Of a stretch of 64,000 bases of DNA, positions 1 to 9,213 are shown piece by piece; the first letter of the stretch is position 1; every line of letters begins with the position of its first letter. Origin of the DNA: Candidatus Helarchaeota archaeon (lineage in GTDB: Archaea; Asgardarchaeota; Lokiarchaeia; Helarchaeales; RDOG01); contig JAHPZH010000001.1 of the NCBI GenBank assembly GCA_019058315.1, positions 977,432 to 1,041,431 of the forward strand. Direction: 5' to 3'. The position numbers and the translations under genes are program-made. The notes beneath the pieces are model-generated. The model ran no database searches and was not told the DNA's origin. It saw nothing but the letters and a program-made list of their open reading frames with translations.

Positions 1-1
1 T

Positions 2-841
2 CGAAATTATCAAGAAATAGAGTCAACAACTGAACCAAAGAAAATTGTTATTTTAGGTGCTGGGATTGCTGGAATGGAAGCAGCTAGAGTTGCAAAAATA
101 AGAGGACACGATGTTTCAATTTATGAAAAGTCCGATAAAGTAGGAGGAATAATACCTATCGTAGCAAAGGAATATAAAAAAGAAGATTTCATAAAAATTA
201 TAAATTATTTAAAAACTCAATTAAAAAAACTAAATATCCCTATTTATTTTAATAAAATTCTTAATAAAGATGATATTAATTCACTAAAACCAGATATTTT
301 AGTTTTAGCATGCGGGTCAACCGAATTTTTACCTGACAACTTTAAAGATTCTCCAAATGTCTTTACACAAGAAGAAGCAATTTTAAAAACAAGACCATTA
401 GGGAAAAATATTGTTATTAGAGGAGTTAATACCTATTGGAAGGGTGGTGTAGAAACAGCTATTACTTTAAGTGAAGAAGGATATAATATTAAAGCAATAA
501 TTGGACCAGGACCTCTAGTAGCGAGTGATATTTTATGGGCAACGGGTAGAAGATTCTGGATTCTTAATTATTTTAAAAGAAAAAATATCCCAATATATAC
601 AAAAGCTAAAATTTTAGACGTATTGGAGAATGGGGTTAAATTTATTGATAACGATGGGAAAGAACAATTTATCGAAGCTGATACATTTATTTACTGTGGT
701 GCTCGTAGAGGTAATAATAAAGAATTAAAAAAAGAATTCAAAGGAATAGTTCCTGAAATTGTAAGTATTGGTGATGGTAAAAGGCCTAGTAATATTCAAG
801 AAGTAATGAAAGATGCCCAAAAATTTGCAAGGAAGGTTTAA
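2..841 (+). CDS. C-terminal part of an NADH:flavin oxidoreductase (OYE / 2,4-dienoyl-CoA reductase / BaiCD-like), 5'-truncated by the window edge
   Basis: The frame is open from base 2 (RNYQEIESTTEPKKIVILGAGIAGMEAARVAKIRGHDVSIYEK), giving a Rossmann GxGxxG motif. C-terminal IGDGKRP motif. The ORF-track start at 74 is internal. Confidence 0.85.
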   Translation, partial: RNYQEIESTTEPKKIVILGAGIAGMEAARVAKIRGHDVSIYEKSDKVGGIIPIVAKEYKKEDFIKIINYLKTQLKKLNIPIYFNKILNKDDINSLKPDILVLACGSTEFLPDNFKDSPNVFTQEEAILKTRPLGKNIVIRGVNTYWKGGVETAITLSEEGYNIKAIIGPGPLVASDILWATGRRFWILNYFKRKNIPIYTKAKILDVLENGVKFIDNDGKEQFIEADTFIYCGARRGNNKELKKEFKGIVPEIVSIGDGKRPSNIQEVMKDAQKFARKV

Positions 842-846
842 TAAAA

Positions 847-2511
847 ATGTCAAAGAAAAAATTTAGATTAAGAAAATCATCCATTCTAAGAGATGCCATA
901 AAAGGTAAGGCGGAAACTGTTGGAGAAAAGGAATGGCTTACTTATATTAAAGATTTTGATAAAGGGATTGATAAAAAATATACTTATTTGGATTCACATT
1001 TAATTTCGAACCGTATTGGGAATGGTTTATTAAAATTAGGCTTAAAAAGAGGAGATGGAATTGCCTTAATGGAGGTAAATTCTCCAGAATTTATACATTC
1101 TGTATTTGCTTCTTTTAAAATTGGAGCTTACATTGTATTAGTTAATACTGGGTTAAAAGGAGACGGTTTAGCCTTTATTATAAATCATTCTGATGCAGTG
1201 GCAGTACTTATTAATCATACGTATTTAGAGAGAATATTAGAGATTAAGGATCAATTAAAGAATATAAAATATATTATTGTTGATATAAATGAAGCTCCAG
1301 AAGATTTTAAACTGCCTGACGATGCGGTTTCTATTCAAGAATTGATGAAGGCACCCGATGACGATATAGATGCTGAGATCAGTCTTGATGATTTGGCTAT
1401 GCTTATGTACACAGCAGGCACAACTGGATTACCAAAGGGTGTAGTTTTTTTACAGGGAAAATTATTAGGTGGCATGAATGTTAAATCACTCGCAGCAATG
1501 GGCGGAATAACTGCTGATAAAGGTGATGTTCTATTTACTTGTTTACCTCTTTTTCATTCTAATGCGCTATTCCTTACAACTTTAAATGGTTATTTTAGCG
1601 AATTACCTGTAGTCCTCGCTAAAAGATTTAGTGCTAGCAGACATTGGAATATTTGTCGAAAATATAATATTACATCTTTTAATGCTCTTGGAGCAATGAT
1701 TCCAATTTTAATGAAACAACCAGAAAGACCAAATGATAAAGAACATAAAGTTAGGAGAATTAATAGCGCTGCATGTCCGAAAGAAATTTGGGAAGCATTT
1801 GAAAAAAGATTTAATGTTCCTTTAAACGAAGCTTATGGAGCAACAGACGGTGGGGGATTTATGCTAGCTAATTTTGGAGGAGATAAACAGCCAGTAGGTT
1901 CAATGGGAAAGGCAGTACCTGGCACTAATGCATCGGTTCTAGACTATGATGGAACTCATTTAGGTCCTAATGAAATTGGTGAGCTTGTTTTTGAATGGAA
2001 AGATACTGAGGCAAAACAAAGAGAAGTTAAATATTATAAGAATGTAGAGGCATCAAAAAAATTAATTATACAAGATAAAGATGGAAACAATTGGTTTAGT
2101 ACAGGAGATTTAGTTTATAAAGACGAAGATGGCTGGTTCTATTATGTAGATAGAAAAAAAGACGTTATTAGAAGAAGAGGTGAAAATATTGCCTCATTTA
2201 GTATTGAAAAAATAATTAATTTACAAGATAAAGTATTAGAATCTGCCGCTTATGGAGTCAAATCTGAACTAGGAGAAGATGAAGTTATGGTCGCTGTTGT
2301 TTTGAAACCAGGTGAAACTATGACCCCAGAAGAACTTCTAGATTTTTGTCAAGATAAAATGGCACATTTTATGGTTCCCAGATATGTCGAATTTATGCTA
2401 CAATTGCCAAAAAGTCCAGTTCATAGAGTATTAAAAAGGGAACTTAAAAAAATTGGTGTAACCGAAAATACCTGGGATCGGGAAAAAGCAGGTTATAAAG
2501 TAAAACGTTGA
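847..2511 (+). CDS. Acyl-CoA synthetase (AMP-forming), CaiC / crotonobetaine-CoA ligase-like
   Basis: YTAGTTGLPKG P-loop, PLFHSNA, EAYGATD, STGD, DRKKDVIRRRGENI. Confidence 0.9.
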   Translation: MSKKKFRLRKSSILRDAIKGKAETVGEKEWLTYIKDFDKGIDKKYTYLDSHLISNRIGNGLLKLGLKRGDGIALMEVNSPEFIHSVFASFKIGAYIVLVNTGLKGDGLAFIINHSDAVAVLINHTYLERILEIKDQLKNIKYIIVDINEAPEDFKLPDDAVSIQELMKAPDDDIDAEISLDDLAMLMYTAGTTGLPKGVVFLQGKLLGGMNVKSLAAMGGITADKGDVLFTCLPLFHSNALFLTTLNGYFSELPVVLAKRFSASRHWNICRKYNITSFNALGAMIPILMKQPERPNDKEHKVRRINSAACPKEIWEAFEKRFNVPLNEAYGATDGGGFMLANFGGDKQPVGSMGKAVPGTNASVLDYDGTHLGPNEIGELVFEWKDTEAKQREVKYYKNVEASKKLIIQDKDGNNWFSTGDLVYKDEDGWFYYVDRKKDVIRRRGENIASFSIEKIINLQDKVLESAAYGVKSELGEDEVMVAVVLKPGETMTPEELLDFCQDKMAHFMVPRYVEFMLQLPKSPVHRVLKRELKKIGVTENTWDREKAGYKVKR

Positions 2512-2527
2512 CGTGGTGTTGTTATTA

Positions 2528-2893
2528 ATGAGTTTATACATTAATGGTAAGTTAAATGGAGTCAAATGTAATGATTGTGGACATATTAGATTTCCATTCA
2601 CAAACTATTGTAATAAATGCCAATCTGAAAATGTATCATCATATCTTATTGGTCCAAAAGGTCAGTTAATGAGTTATACTATTTCATATACAAGACCAAT
2701 GATGGGTAAATTTAAAGCTCCATATGCTTATGGAGTTTCAAGGTTTTTAGTGGATGAAGGAAAACATGTTGATGTTTTGGGTATAATAAATCCAAAGATT
2801 CCATTTGAAGATATTAAAATTGACGACGAAATTGAACTTATTGAAGATAAATTATTTGTTATATTTAATATGGCAGGTGTTGAAGAAAAATGA
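2528..2893 (+). CDS. DUF35-family Zn-ribbon + OB-fold protein (thiolase partner)
   Basis: CNDC...FP...CNKC ribbon followed by G.L.SYT...PYA.G. ATG at 2528 lies behind GTGGTG (2513-2518). Its stop overlaps the thiolase ATG (ATGA). Confidence 0.85.
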   Translation: MSLYINGKLNGVKCNDCGHIRFPFTNYCNKCQSENVSSYLIGPKGQLMSYTISYTRPMMGKFKAPYAYGVSRFLVDEGKHVDVLGIINPKIPFEDIKIDDEIELIEDKLFVIFNMAGVEEK

Positions 2894-4080
2894 GAAATGT
2901 TGCAGTTGTTGGCGCAGGAGTATTTCCATTCGGTCGCCACGATGATCTTTTATATATGAATATGGGACGTCCAGCAGTTCTTGAAGCTATTCAAGACGCT
3001 GGTATAGATAAAAAACAAATTGAAGCATGCTATTGTGGTACTACTGGTGGTGTTGGAGTAGCACATGATATCTTGAATGAAATAGATATCTTAGGCATAC
3101 CTATTACAAGAGTAGAAAATGCTTGTGTATCTGGTTCAAATGCAATTCGACAAGCTTGGATGGATATTGCTTTAGGTCTTCATGATATTATGTTAGTTAT
3201 TGGTATCGAGAAAATGAAAGATAATTCTATGGCAGCTGTATCAGGAGGTCAAGGACGTATTCAACTTGAAATGAAGGCAATTAGAAAATTTCAAGTTTTC
3301 TCAAGCATGGGAATTGTCGGACCACCTGGTTATTTCGCATTAGCTGCGCAACGACATATGGTAGAATTTGGAACTACAAAAGAACAGCTTGCAAAAGTCG
3401 TGATTAAAAGCAGAAATAATGCAAAAAATAATTCTAAGGCTGAACATAGAAAGCCTATGACAATAGATGAAGTTTTAAATGATAAAATGATTAATCCGCC
3501 ATTAACAAGAAGCCAATGTTGCCCAAAAACCGATGGTGCTGCGGCTGCAATTTTAATGAGCGAAGAACTAGCTAAAAAATATACAGATACTCCTGTGTGG
3601 ATTAAAGGATCTGCTATGGGATCTGATTATACATTAAACTTAATGTCTAATTTAACAACTATGCCTAATACTGAAGTAGCTAAAAAAGCATTTAAAATGG
3701 CCAAATTAGAACCTAAAGATTTCTTTAAAAATGGATTTGCAGAAGTTCACGATTGTTTTTCAATTTCAGAGTATTTACATTATGAAGATTTCGGTTTTTG
3801 TAAAAAAGGAGAAGGTCCAAAAATGTTGGAGGAAGGTATTACTGAAATTGATGGTACCCTTCCCATAAATCCTTCTGGAGGATTATTATCATGTGGTCAT
3901 CCACTTGGAGCAACTGGAGTTCGACAAGTTGCGGAGATACTTTATCAAATGCGAAAAGATAAAGAAGTAGCAAAACGTCAAATCCCAGACAGCAATCTTA
4001 ATCTTGCACTAACACACACAATGGGGCAACCTGTCTTAGGATGGACCGGGTGTATTCATATATTTACTCGAGAACTCTAA
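2890..4080 (+). CDS. Thiolase, archaeal / SCP2-type
   Basis: ENACVSG (catalytic Cys), EVHDCF, NPSGGLLSCGHPLGATG. Confidence 0.92.
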   Translation: MRNVAVVGAGVFPFGRHDDLLYMNMGRPAVLEAIQDAGIDKKQIEACYCGTTGGVGVAHDILNEIDILGIPITRVENACVSGSNAIRQAWMDIALGLHDIMLVIGIEKMKDNSMAAVSGGQGRIQLEMKAIRKFQVFSSMGIVGPPGYFALAAQRHMVEFGTTKEQLAKVVIKSRNNAKNNSKAEHRKPMTIDEVLNDKMINPPLTRSQCCPKTDGAAAAILMSEELAKKYTDTPVWIKGSAMGSDYTLNLMSNLTTMPNTEVAKKAFKMAKLEPKDFFKNGFAEVHDCFSISEYLHYEDFGFCKKGEGPKMLEEGITEIDGTLPINPSGGLLSCGHPLGATGVRQVAEILYQMRKDKEVAKRQIPDSNLNLALTHTMGQPVLGWTGCIHIFTREL

Positions 4081-4146
4081 ATCTAATTAAAAATTTAAAA
4101 TAGTCAATTTTTTCTCTTTATAAAACCTTGTTTTTATGATGTAAAC

Positions 4147-4154
4147 TTTATAAA
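4147..4154 (+). promoter_or_regulatory. Putative archaeal TATA box for a leaderless transcript of 4178..5200
   Basis: TTTATAAA 24-31 nt upstream of the ATG at 4178. The AT-rich background limits certainty. Confidence 0.4.
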
Positions 4155-4177
4155 ATTAAAATTATTTAATTTGGTAT

Positions 4178-5200
4178 ATGGATAATATCACACCAAAAGA
4201 ACGTGTATTTCGAGCATTAAATTGCGAAGAAGTTGATAAAATACCCGTTGTCCCACAATTAACGTTTGCAGCTGCAAAATATAGAGATAAATCCATATCA
4301 GAGGTTTTGGTTGATCCTCAACTACAGCTGGAGGCACTTTTATATGCACAAAAACAATGTGGATATGATGGGATATATGCAAATTGGGAAAGTAGTAGCG
4401 TTCTTTTAGCTTCTGCAATGGGTTGTAGTATAATTACTTTTGAAGATATTTCGCCAAGAATAAAAAACCCATTAGTAAGTACTCTAGAAAGTGCAAAAAA
4501 TTTATTCATACCTCACCCTAAAAAAGCAGGACGACTTCCTTTGAATCTTGAGTTAACTAAAAATTTAATTGAGAAAGTTGGAAATAATTTGGCAATTTTT
4601 AATTATTTACCAGGTCCATTTTCATTTGCAGCAGTACTTATGGGTGTAGATGAAGCTTTAACTAAAATTTTTAATGATCCAGAATTATTAAAAATTGTTA
4701 TGGAATCTGCAAGACTTGCAGCAGTCACATTTGGTGTTACTAAAATTCAAATGGGAGCTGAAATTTTAACCATTGTAGAACCATTTTCCAATTTTGATAA
4801 TCTTTCTCCAAAACAATTTGAAGATATTTGTCTTCCTTCTATCAAAAAAATGGTTAATGAATTACGTCTTAAAAAAACTAAAATTGGACTTCATGTTTGT
4901 GGGAACTCGTTTCCTTTAATTGATCTTTTAGTAGATACGGGTATAGATTTTCTAGAACTAGATTCAAAAGTTGATTTAGCTGCAATTCGTAAAAAAATCA
5001 AATCAGATATTTGTCTTATTGGTAATATCGATACAACTAATCTATTTATGAAACCTGCAGTTGAAATCGAGAATGAATGTAAAGACCTAATTAATAAAAT
5101 GGGGGATAGAGGATTTATATTAAGTTCGAGTTGTGAAATTAGATTCCGGACTCCCCTTGAAAATATTTGTAGTATGGTGAAAAGTACAAATCTCAAATAA
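4178..5200 (+). CDS. URO-D superfamily, MtaA/CmuA-like methylcobamide:thiol methyltransferase
   Basis: TPKERV..AL....DKIPV start, PGPFS, Zn-ligand pattern LHVCG ... LSSSCEI (H-x-C...C), LIGNID. Confidence 0.8.
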   Translation: MDNITPKERVFRALNCEEVDKIPVVPQLTFAAAKYRDKSISEVLVDPQLQLEALLYAQKQCGYDGIYANWESSSVLLASAMGCSIITFEDISPRIKNPLVSTLESAKNLFIPHPKKAGRLPLNLELTKNLIEKVGNNLAIFNYLPGPFSFAAVLMGVDEALTKIFNDPELLKIVMESARLAAVTFGVTKIQMGAEILTIVEPFSNFDNLSPKQFEDICLPSIKKMVNELRLKKTKIGLHVCGNSFPLIDLLVDTGIDFLELDSKVDLAAIRKKIKSDICLIGNIDTTNLFMKPAVEIENECKDLINKMGDRGFILSSSCEIRFRTPLENICSMVKSTNLK

Positions 5201-5233
5201 CACTACAGATATTTATTTCTTGGTATAAATTAT

Positions 5234-5578
5234 TTAATAACCATATTTTATAGTTTCATTAAATAAGTGATCGAAATTAATTTGATACATTGGTTCTTTC
5301 CAAAAGTCAGATACAATTTTAATTATTCTTCCATATGCAATAATTCTATCACTCTTTCGTAAATGAGGTATAATAAGTTCTCCGGCTACACGCCCCGCCA
5401 CGCCTAATGCTGGGATTTCATCCGGTAATCCGTCAGGAAGACCATCTATATCATTATCTACGTTAAACATAAAACTTAATCTAATTGATTGATGACTACG
5501 AATAAAATGAATATCAGAAGTTGTTATATTTCCTCTTAAAATTCCTTCAAATAAAATCTGTTTAGATAACCCAAACAC
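5234..5578 (-). CDS. Small OB-fold-like hypothetical protein, paralogue of the domains in 7159..7749
   Basis: Shares the pattern IL..G...G..T / P.EIP / LR..D.I...G.I / FW / H..NET...G[FY]-stop with both halves of the 7159..7749 protein. The start codon is uncertain because the GTG lies inside the GGAGGTG SD. Confidence 0.65.
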   Translation of the reverse strand: MFGLSKQILFEGILRGNITTSDIHFIRSHQSIRLSFMFNVDNDIDGLPDGLPDEIPALGVAGRVAGELIIPHLRKSDRIIAYGRIIKIVSDFWKEPMYQINFDHLFNETIKYGY

Positions 5579-5719
5579 CTCCTTTTTAATATTTTTATTT
5601 CTATTTTATATTGAAATAAAGTAATTAAAAACAATATATAATATGTGCTTTTTTAATAAATTGGATTTTTAATAATTATTTTAATGAACAATTAAATTTA
5701 AATGGAATAAGGCATTAAA

Positions 5720-7141
5720 ATGGCAAGCGATTATGAGACCATGATAAAATTTAGGGAACGACAAGATCCTTTAAGCCAAGATGAATTCGATAAAATTTTA
5801 AAGGAGCATATGAAATTTATAAAATCGGGGGGAGCTGGCGTAAATTTGAAAACTCGTCTACTTTGGAAGTCTTGGGTTGTGAAAAAAGTAGTTTTTGGTC
5901 AATATTTAGGACCAGAGGGGACTGATGGTAAACAAATTGCTTTGAGTTACAATAATCTTGAAAATATTAAATTTGATAACATTTCTTTGACCTACGCTGA
6001 TTTAGTAGGAGTTCGATGCCGAAAAAACAGTTTTAAAAAAACCAATCTGACAGGAAGTATTCTTATCGATTCTAATTTTACTGGCTCTAGCTTTGAAGGT
6101 GCAAATCTTTCTAAGACTGATTTTTCAAGATCTATTATGGTTGACTGTAGTTTAAGAAATGTAAATCTTACTGATGCAGATTTTGAGAATGTGGACCTTA
6201 CAGGAGCAGATTTGACTGGAGCTATCATTACACCCGAAACAAATTTTAAAGGAACTATATTTAAAGATGCAGTTAAAGATTTCAAAAAAGTACAAACAAC
6301 TAAAAAAAATATAAAAACCAAAAAAACTAAGCACACTCTTGTTAAGTCATATATGAATTGTTCAATATGTAAAACTCTACCTGATAACTATGGAGCTTAT
6401 TGGAAGGGGGGAGATCTTCAATCAAAACCAATGCCTGCTTCAGCAGCTAAGCTTGAGGTTGTAGGGGCCCCAATATATAATAAAAGTACAAGTTATTCAC
6501 ATACAGTTATACAACGTTGTCCAGAATGTGGAACTTGTTATAGGTGGCAATTTGAATATGAATATCTTGTGGGTGGTTCTGAAGATGAAATAGATGTAAC
6601 TCGTTTAAGTAGAGATGAGGGGGAAAAAGAAGTTAGAAAGATTATTTTGGATGTTAGAATGCAATATGCTCAACTCAGGGCAGAGGGAGTAGCAAAACTC
6701 CAGTTGCTAAAGGACGTAAAGAAGTTAGATAATGAACAACTTCATGATGCAGTTAATATATTTCATCATAATCAATTGGTTAAAAGTTTTGACATTTCTT
6801 ATGCGATCAAACATCTTGTTGAAGCATTAATTAACCACAGACATATAAAAGATGATTGTAATGGACAATATATTTATTGGACTTTAAGTGAATTTAAAAG
6901 TAAAAACGAAAAAAATGGAGAAAAATTACTCAATCTTATTCTAAGCCATAAGGGAAAGATCTTTCCACCCGAAGTTCAAGATCTTGTTAAAGAGTGTAAA
7001 CTCGAACAACTTGAGAAACTTACTAAGAAAGTAAAAATATTAGAGGAAAAATTAAGATCAGAAAATCTTGAAATGGAAGATTATAAACGAATAAATAGAC
7101 GAATCGAGCAATTATATAAAAAAATAAAAGATTTTAGCTAA
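5720..7141 (+). CDS. Pentapeptide-repeat protein fused to a Zn-binding domain and a helical / coiled-coil tail
   Basis: A(N/D)L.. pentapeptides (ANLSK TDFSR VNLTD ADFEN VDLTG ADLTG), Lys-rich linker, CSIC...CPEC. Confidence 0.8.
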   Translation: MASDYETMIKFRERQDPLSQDEFDKILKEHMKFIKSGGAGVNLKTRLLWKSWVVKKVVFGQYLGPEGTDGKQIALSYNNLENIKFDNISLTYADLVGVRCRKNSFKKTNLTGSILIDSNFTGSSFEGANLSKTDFSRSIMVDCSLRNVNLTDADFENVDLTGADLTGAIITPETNFKGTIFKDAVKDFKKVQTTKKNIKTKKTKHTLVKSYMNCSICKTLPDNYGAYWKGGDLQSKPMPASAAKLEVVGAPIYNKSTSYSHTVIQRCPECGTCYRWQFEYEYLVGGSEDEIDVTRLSRDEGEKEVRKIILDVRMQYAQLRAEGVAKLQLLKDVKKLDNEQLHDAVNIFHHNQLVKSFDISYAIKHLVEALINHRHIKDDCNGQYIYWTLSEFKSKNEKNGEKLLNLILSHKGKIFPPEVQDLVKECKLEQLEKLTKKVKILEEKLRSENLEMEDYKRINRRIEQLYKKIKDFS

Positions 7142-7158
7142 CAAAAAAGAAGGTTTCA

Positions 7159-7749
7159 ATAATCAGAGAAAAAATTTTATACAAAGGCATTATTCAAGGA
7201 GTAGTTACTTCAGTTTTATTGATTGGTAAAGGTTATTTATATTTTACAATTAAAATGGAAGCTGAACTAGATCAGATTCCAAATGAAATTCCAGTTTATG
7301 CAAGGGAAAGTATTCTTCTGCGACAAGGGGATAAAATAGACATATATGGAGAAATTTTTCGTGGAGATTTAAAGATCTGGGAAAAAGATATTGTTAGAAT
7401 GTTTCCCGAGCATATATATAATAAAACTCTCAAATGCGGCTTTAAAAAAGGGTCTAGAAAAAAAATTTTACATAAAGGAAGATTTCATGGGAAAATAACT
7501 TCAGTTTTTTTAATAAAAGGTCCAATTGGTGGCGATTTCATGTATTTTAGTATTAAACCTGATAGAAAAATTTATGATGTTCCAGAAGAAATCTTTGTTG
7601 ATGCTGATGAGATGACTTTATTACGAGAAGGAGATACTGTTTTAGTTGATGGAGAAATTTATTTACAAAGTTTGAAATTCTGGGAAGCTGATTCAATTGA
7701 AATGAGAGCAAAGCACGTCCAAAATGAGACCTTAAATTTAGGATTTTAA
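7159..7749 (+). CDS. Tandem two-domain OB-fold-like hypothetical protein (start probably non-canonical ATA/ATC upstream of the TTG at 7219)
   Basis: The two halves align (KILYKGIIQGVVTSVLLI vs KILHKGRFHGKITSVFLI; LLRQGDKI vs LLREGDTV; HIYNKTLKCGF vs HVQNETLNLGF). The homology extends about 18 codons upstream of 7219. Confidence 0.65.
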   Translation: MIREKILYKGIIQGVVTSVLLIGKGYLYFTIKMEAELDQIPNEIPVYARESILLRQGDKIDIYGEIFRGDLKIWEKDIVRMFPEHIYNKTLKCGFKKGSRKKILHKGRFHGKITSVFLIKGPIGGDFMYFSIKPDRKIYDVPEEIFVDADEMTLLREGDTVLVDGEIYLQSLKFWEADSIEMRAKHVQNETLNLGF

Positions 7750-7785
7750 TAAATTTGATAAATTTCGTTTCTTTGTTTAAAAAAC

Positions 7786-9003
7786 TTAGGTTACTGTAAA
7801 TCTATTAAATATTTTCAATTTATTTGCCAAATCTCTATCTGAAGAAAAAAAAGTAAGACCAAAGGTAATAGAAGTAATTAAGAACCCCAAAGAGCTTAAA
7901 TCAAATACACATAATAAAAATAGAATTATTGCACCCATAGATAATATTGTCCAACCAAATAGAATATTGGGGAGATCGTTTTTTGTAGGTTTTCTTCTTT
8001 GAGGAAATTTATTATAATAATTGATTAAAAAAGAAATCCCTAAAAGTGCGATTATAGCAATGGGCCAACTCAAAAATATACTCATTAATTCTCCATTTAA
8101 AAATGGCATGAAAAAATCTTCAAAAACATAGTCTTCAGTATAAATATCAAATAGACTTGATTCAATTGGTCTTGGAATTATTAGATACCGATCATTATAC
8201 ATTAAATAAGGTTCACCAACTCCAGGCCACCAATTAAGGTATATTGGATTAATTGGTAGGAATAAATACATACGAAATGGTTCAAAACGTATTTGATCTT
8301 GTATTATTAATATACTAGTTCCGTTGATGAAGACTACTGGAAAATCATGAGAATCACCCTCTGCCATATAAGCATCATATCCCATAAATTTAAGAAATGA
8401 TACACTAAATACAGCAATTCCAGTACAATCTGAAGTAAATCCATTACTTATTATCTCAGAAACAGTAGGGAGATGGTCGAAAGCAAGTCTAGGTGGATTA
8501 AAATCATAAGTATAACGTATTAAGCTGAAATATTTTGGATCTAGAGTATATCTTCTCCACCAAGGATTATAAATAAAATTACTAATGTTTTGCAATTTAT
8601 TTATTTCATCTTTAACTTCATTAAATTGTATTCCATAGGTATCATTAAACCAGTTATGAAATGTTGTATTTAATCCAAAAAAGAAAGGATGATACGTTTC
8701 TATCACAGATTTACGATTCATTCTTCGATAAATCTGATTTCCCCAATCAGTGACATTAGGAAATGTGATGAGAAATATTAGAAATAAAAAAATAGACAGT
8801 TTTGTGGCTCTCAAAAAGAAATCTTTCCGTCTTAACGTTGCTAATGCTACAATTAGAAAGGGTAAAAAATAAAGCGCAGAAGCTATTAAATAAAATTGGG
8901 AAATGATAAAGAAATAGAAAATAAAACATGGAATGCCAATAATTATAAAAAAAAGTTTCTTTTTTCCTATTTTTTTTATAAAATCTCCTAATTTTCCTTT
9001 CAA
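7786..9003 (-). CDS. Multi-pass membrane protein with a transglutaminase-like Cys-His domain
   Basis: About 3 N-terminal and 3 C-terminal hydrophobic helices. The central SDCTGIAVFSVSFLKFMGYDAYMAEGDSH matches the GDC.D.A.....L...G....H pattern. TTG start behind a GAGGT SD. Confidence 0.65.
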   Translation of the reverse strand: MKGKLGDFIKKIGKKKLFFIIIGIPCFIFYFFIISQFYLIASALYFLPFLIVALATLRRKDFFLRATKLSIFLFLIFLITFPNVTDWGNQIYRRMNRKSVIETYHPFFFGLNTTFHNWFNDTYGIQFNEVKDEINKLQNISNFIYNPWWRRYTLDPKYFSLIRYTYDFNPPRLAFDHLPTVSEIISNGFTSDCTGIAVFSVSFLKFMGYDAYMAEGDSHDFPVVFINGTSILIIQDQIRFEPFRMYLFLPINPIYLNWWPGVGEPYLMYNDRYLIIPRPIESSLFDIYTEDYVFEDFFMPFLNGELMSIFLSWPIAIIALLGISFLINYYNKFPQRRKPTKNDLPNILFGWTILSMGAIILFLLCVFDLSSLGFLITSITFGLTFFSSDRDLANKLKIFNRFTVT

Positions 9004-9213
9004 TGATTTACCTCAATTTAATATGATAGCTCAAAATAATTTTAAATTTAACGTTCGACTTCTAAAAAAGCAATTGAGAAATAAATTAATAAATATCCTA
9101 GTGTTAATTAAAAGAATAATATATCGATTTTTAAAGATTTTTTAATTATAGTCTTTATGAATTGATTGATTTACGCATTATTCGATTGTACAAGTCGTTT
9201 TATAGGTGAATTC

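Noticed and set aside
7120-7141. Programmed frameshift fusing the pentapeptide gene to the downstream OB-like ORF
   Set aside because: An in-frame TAG at 7135 leaves only one codon of overlap, with no slippery site there.
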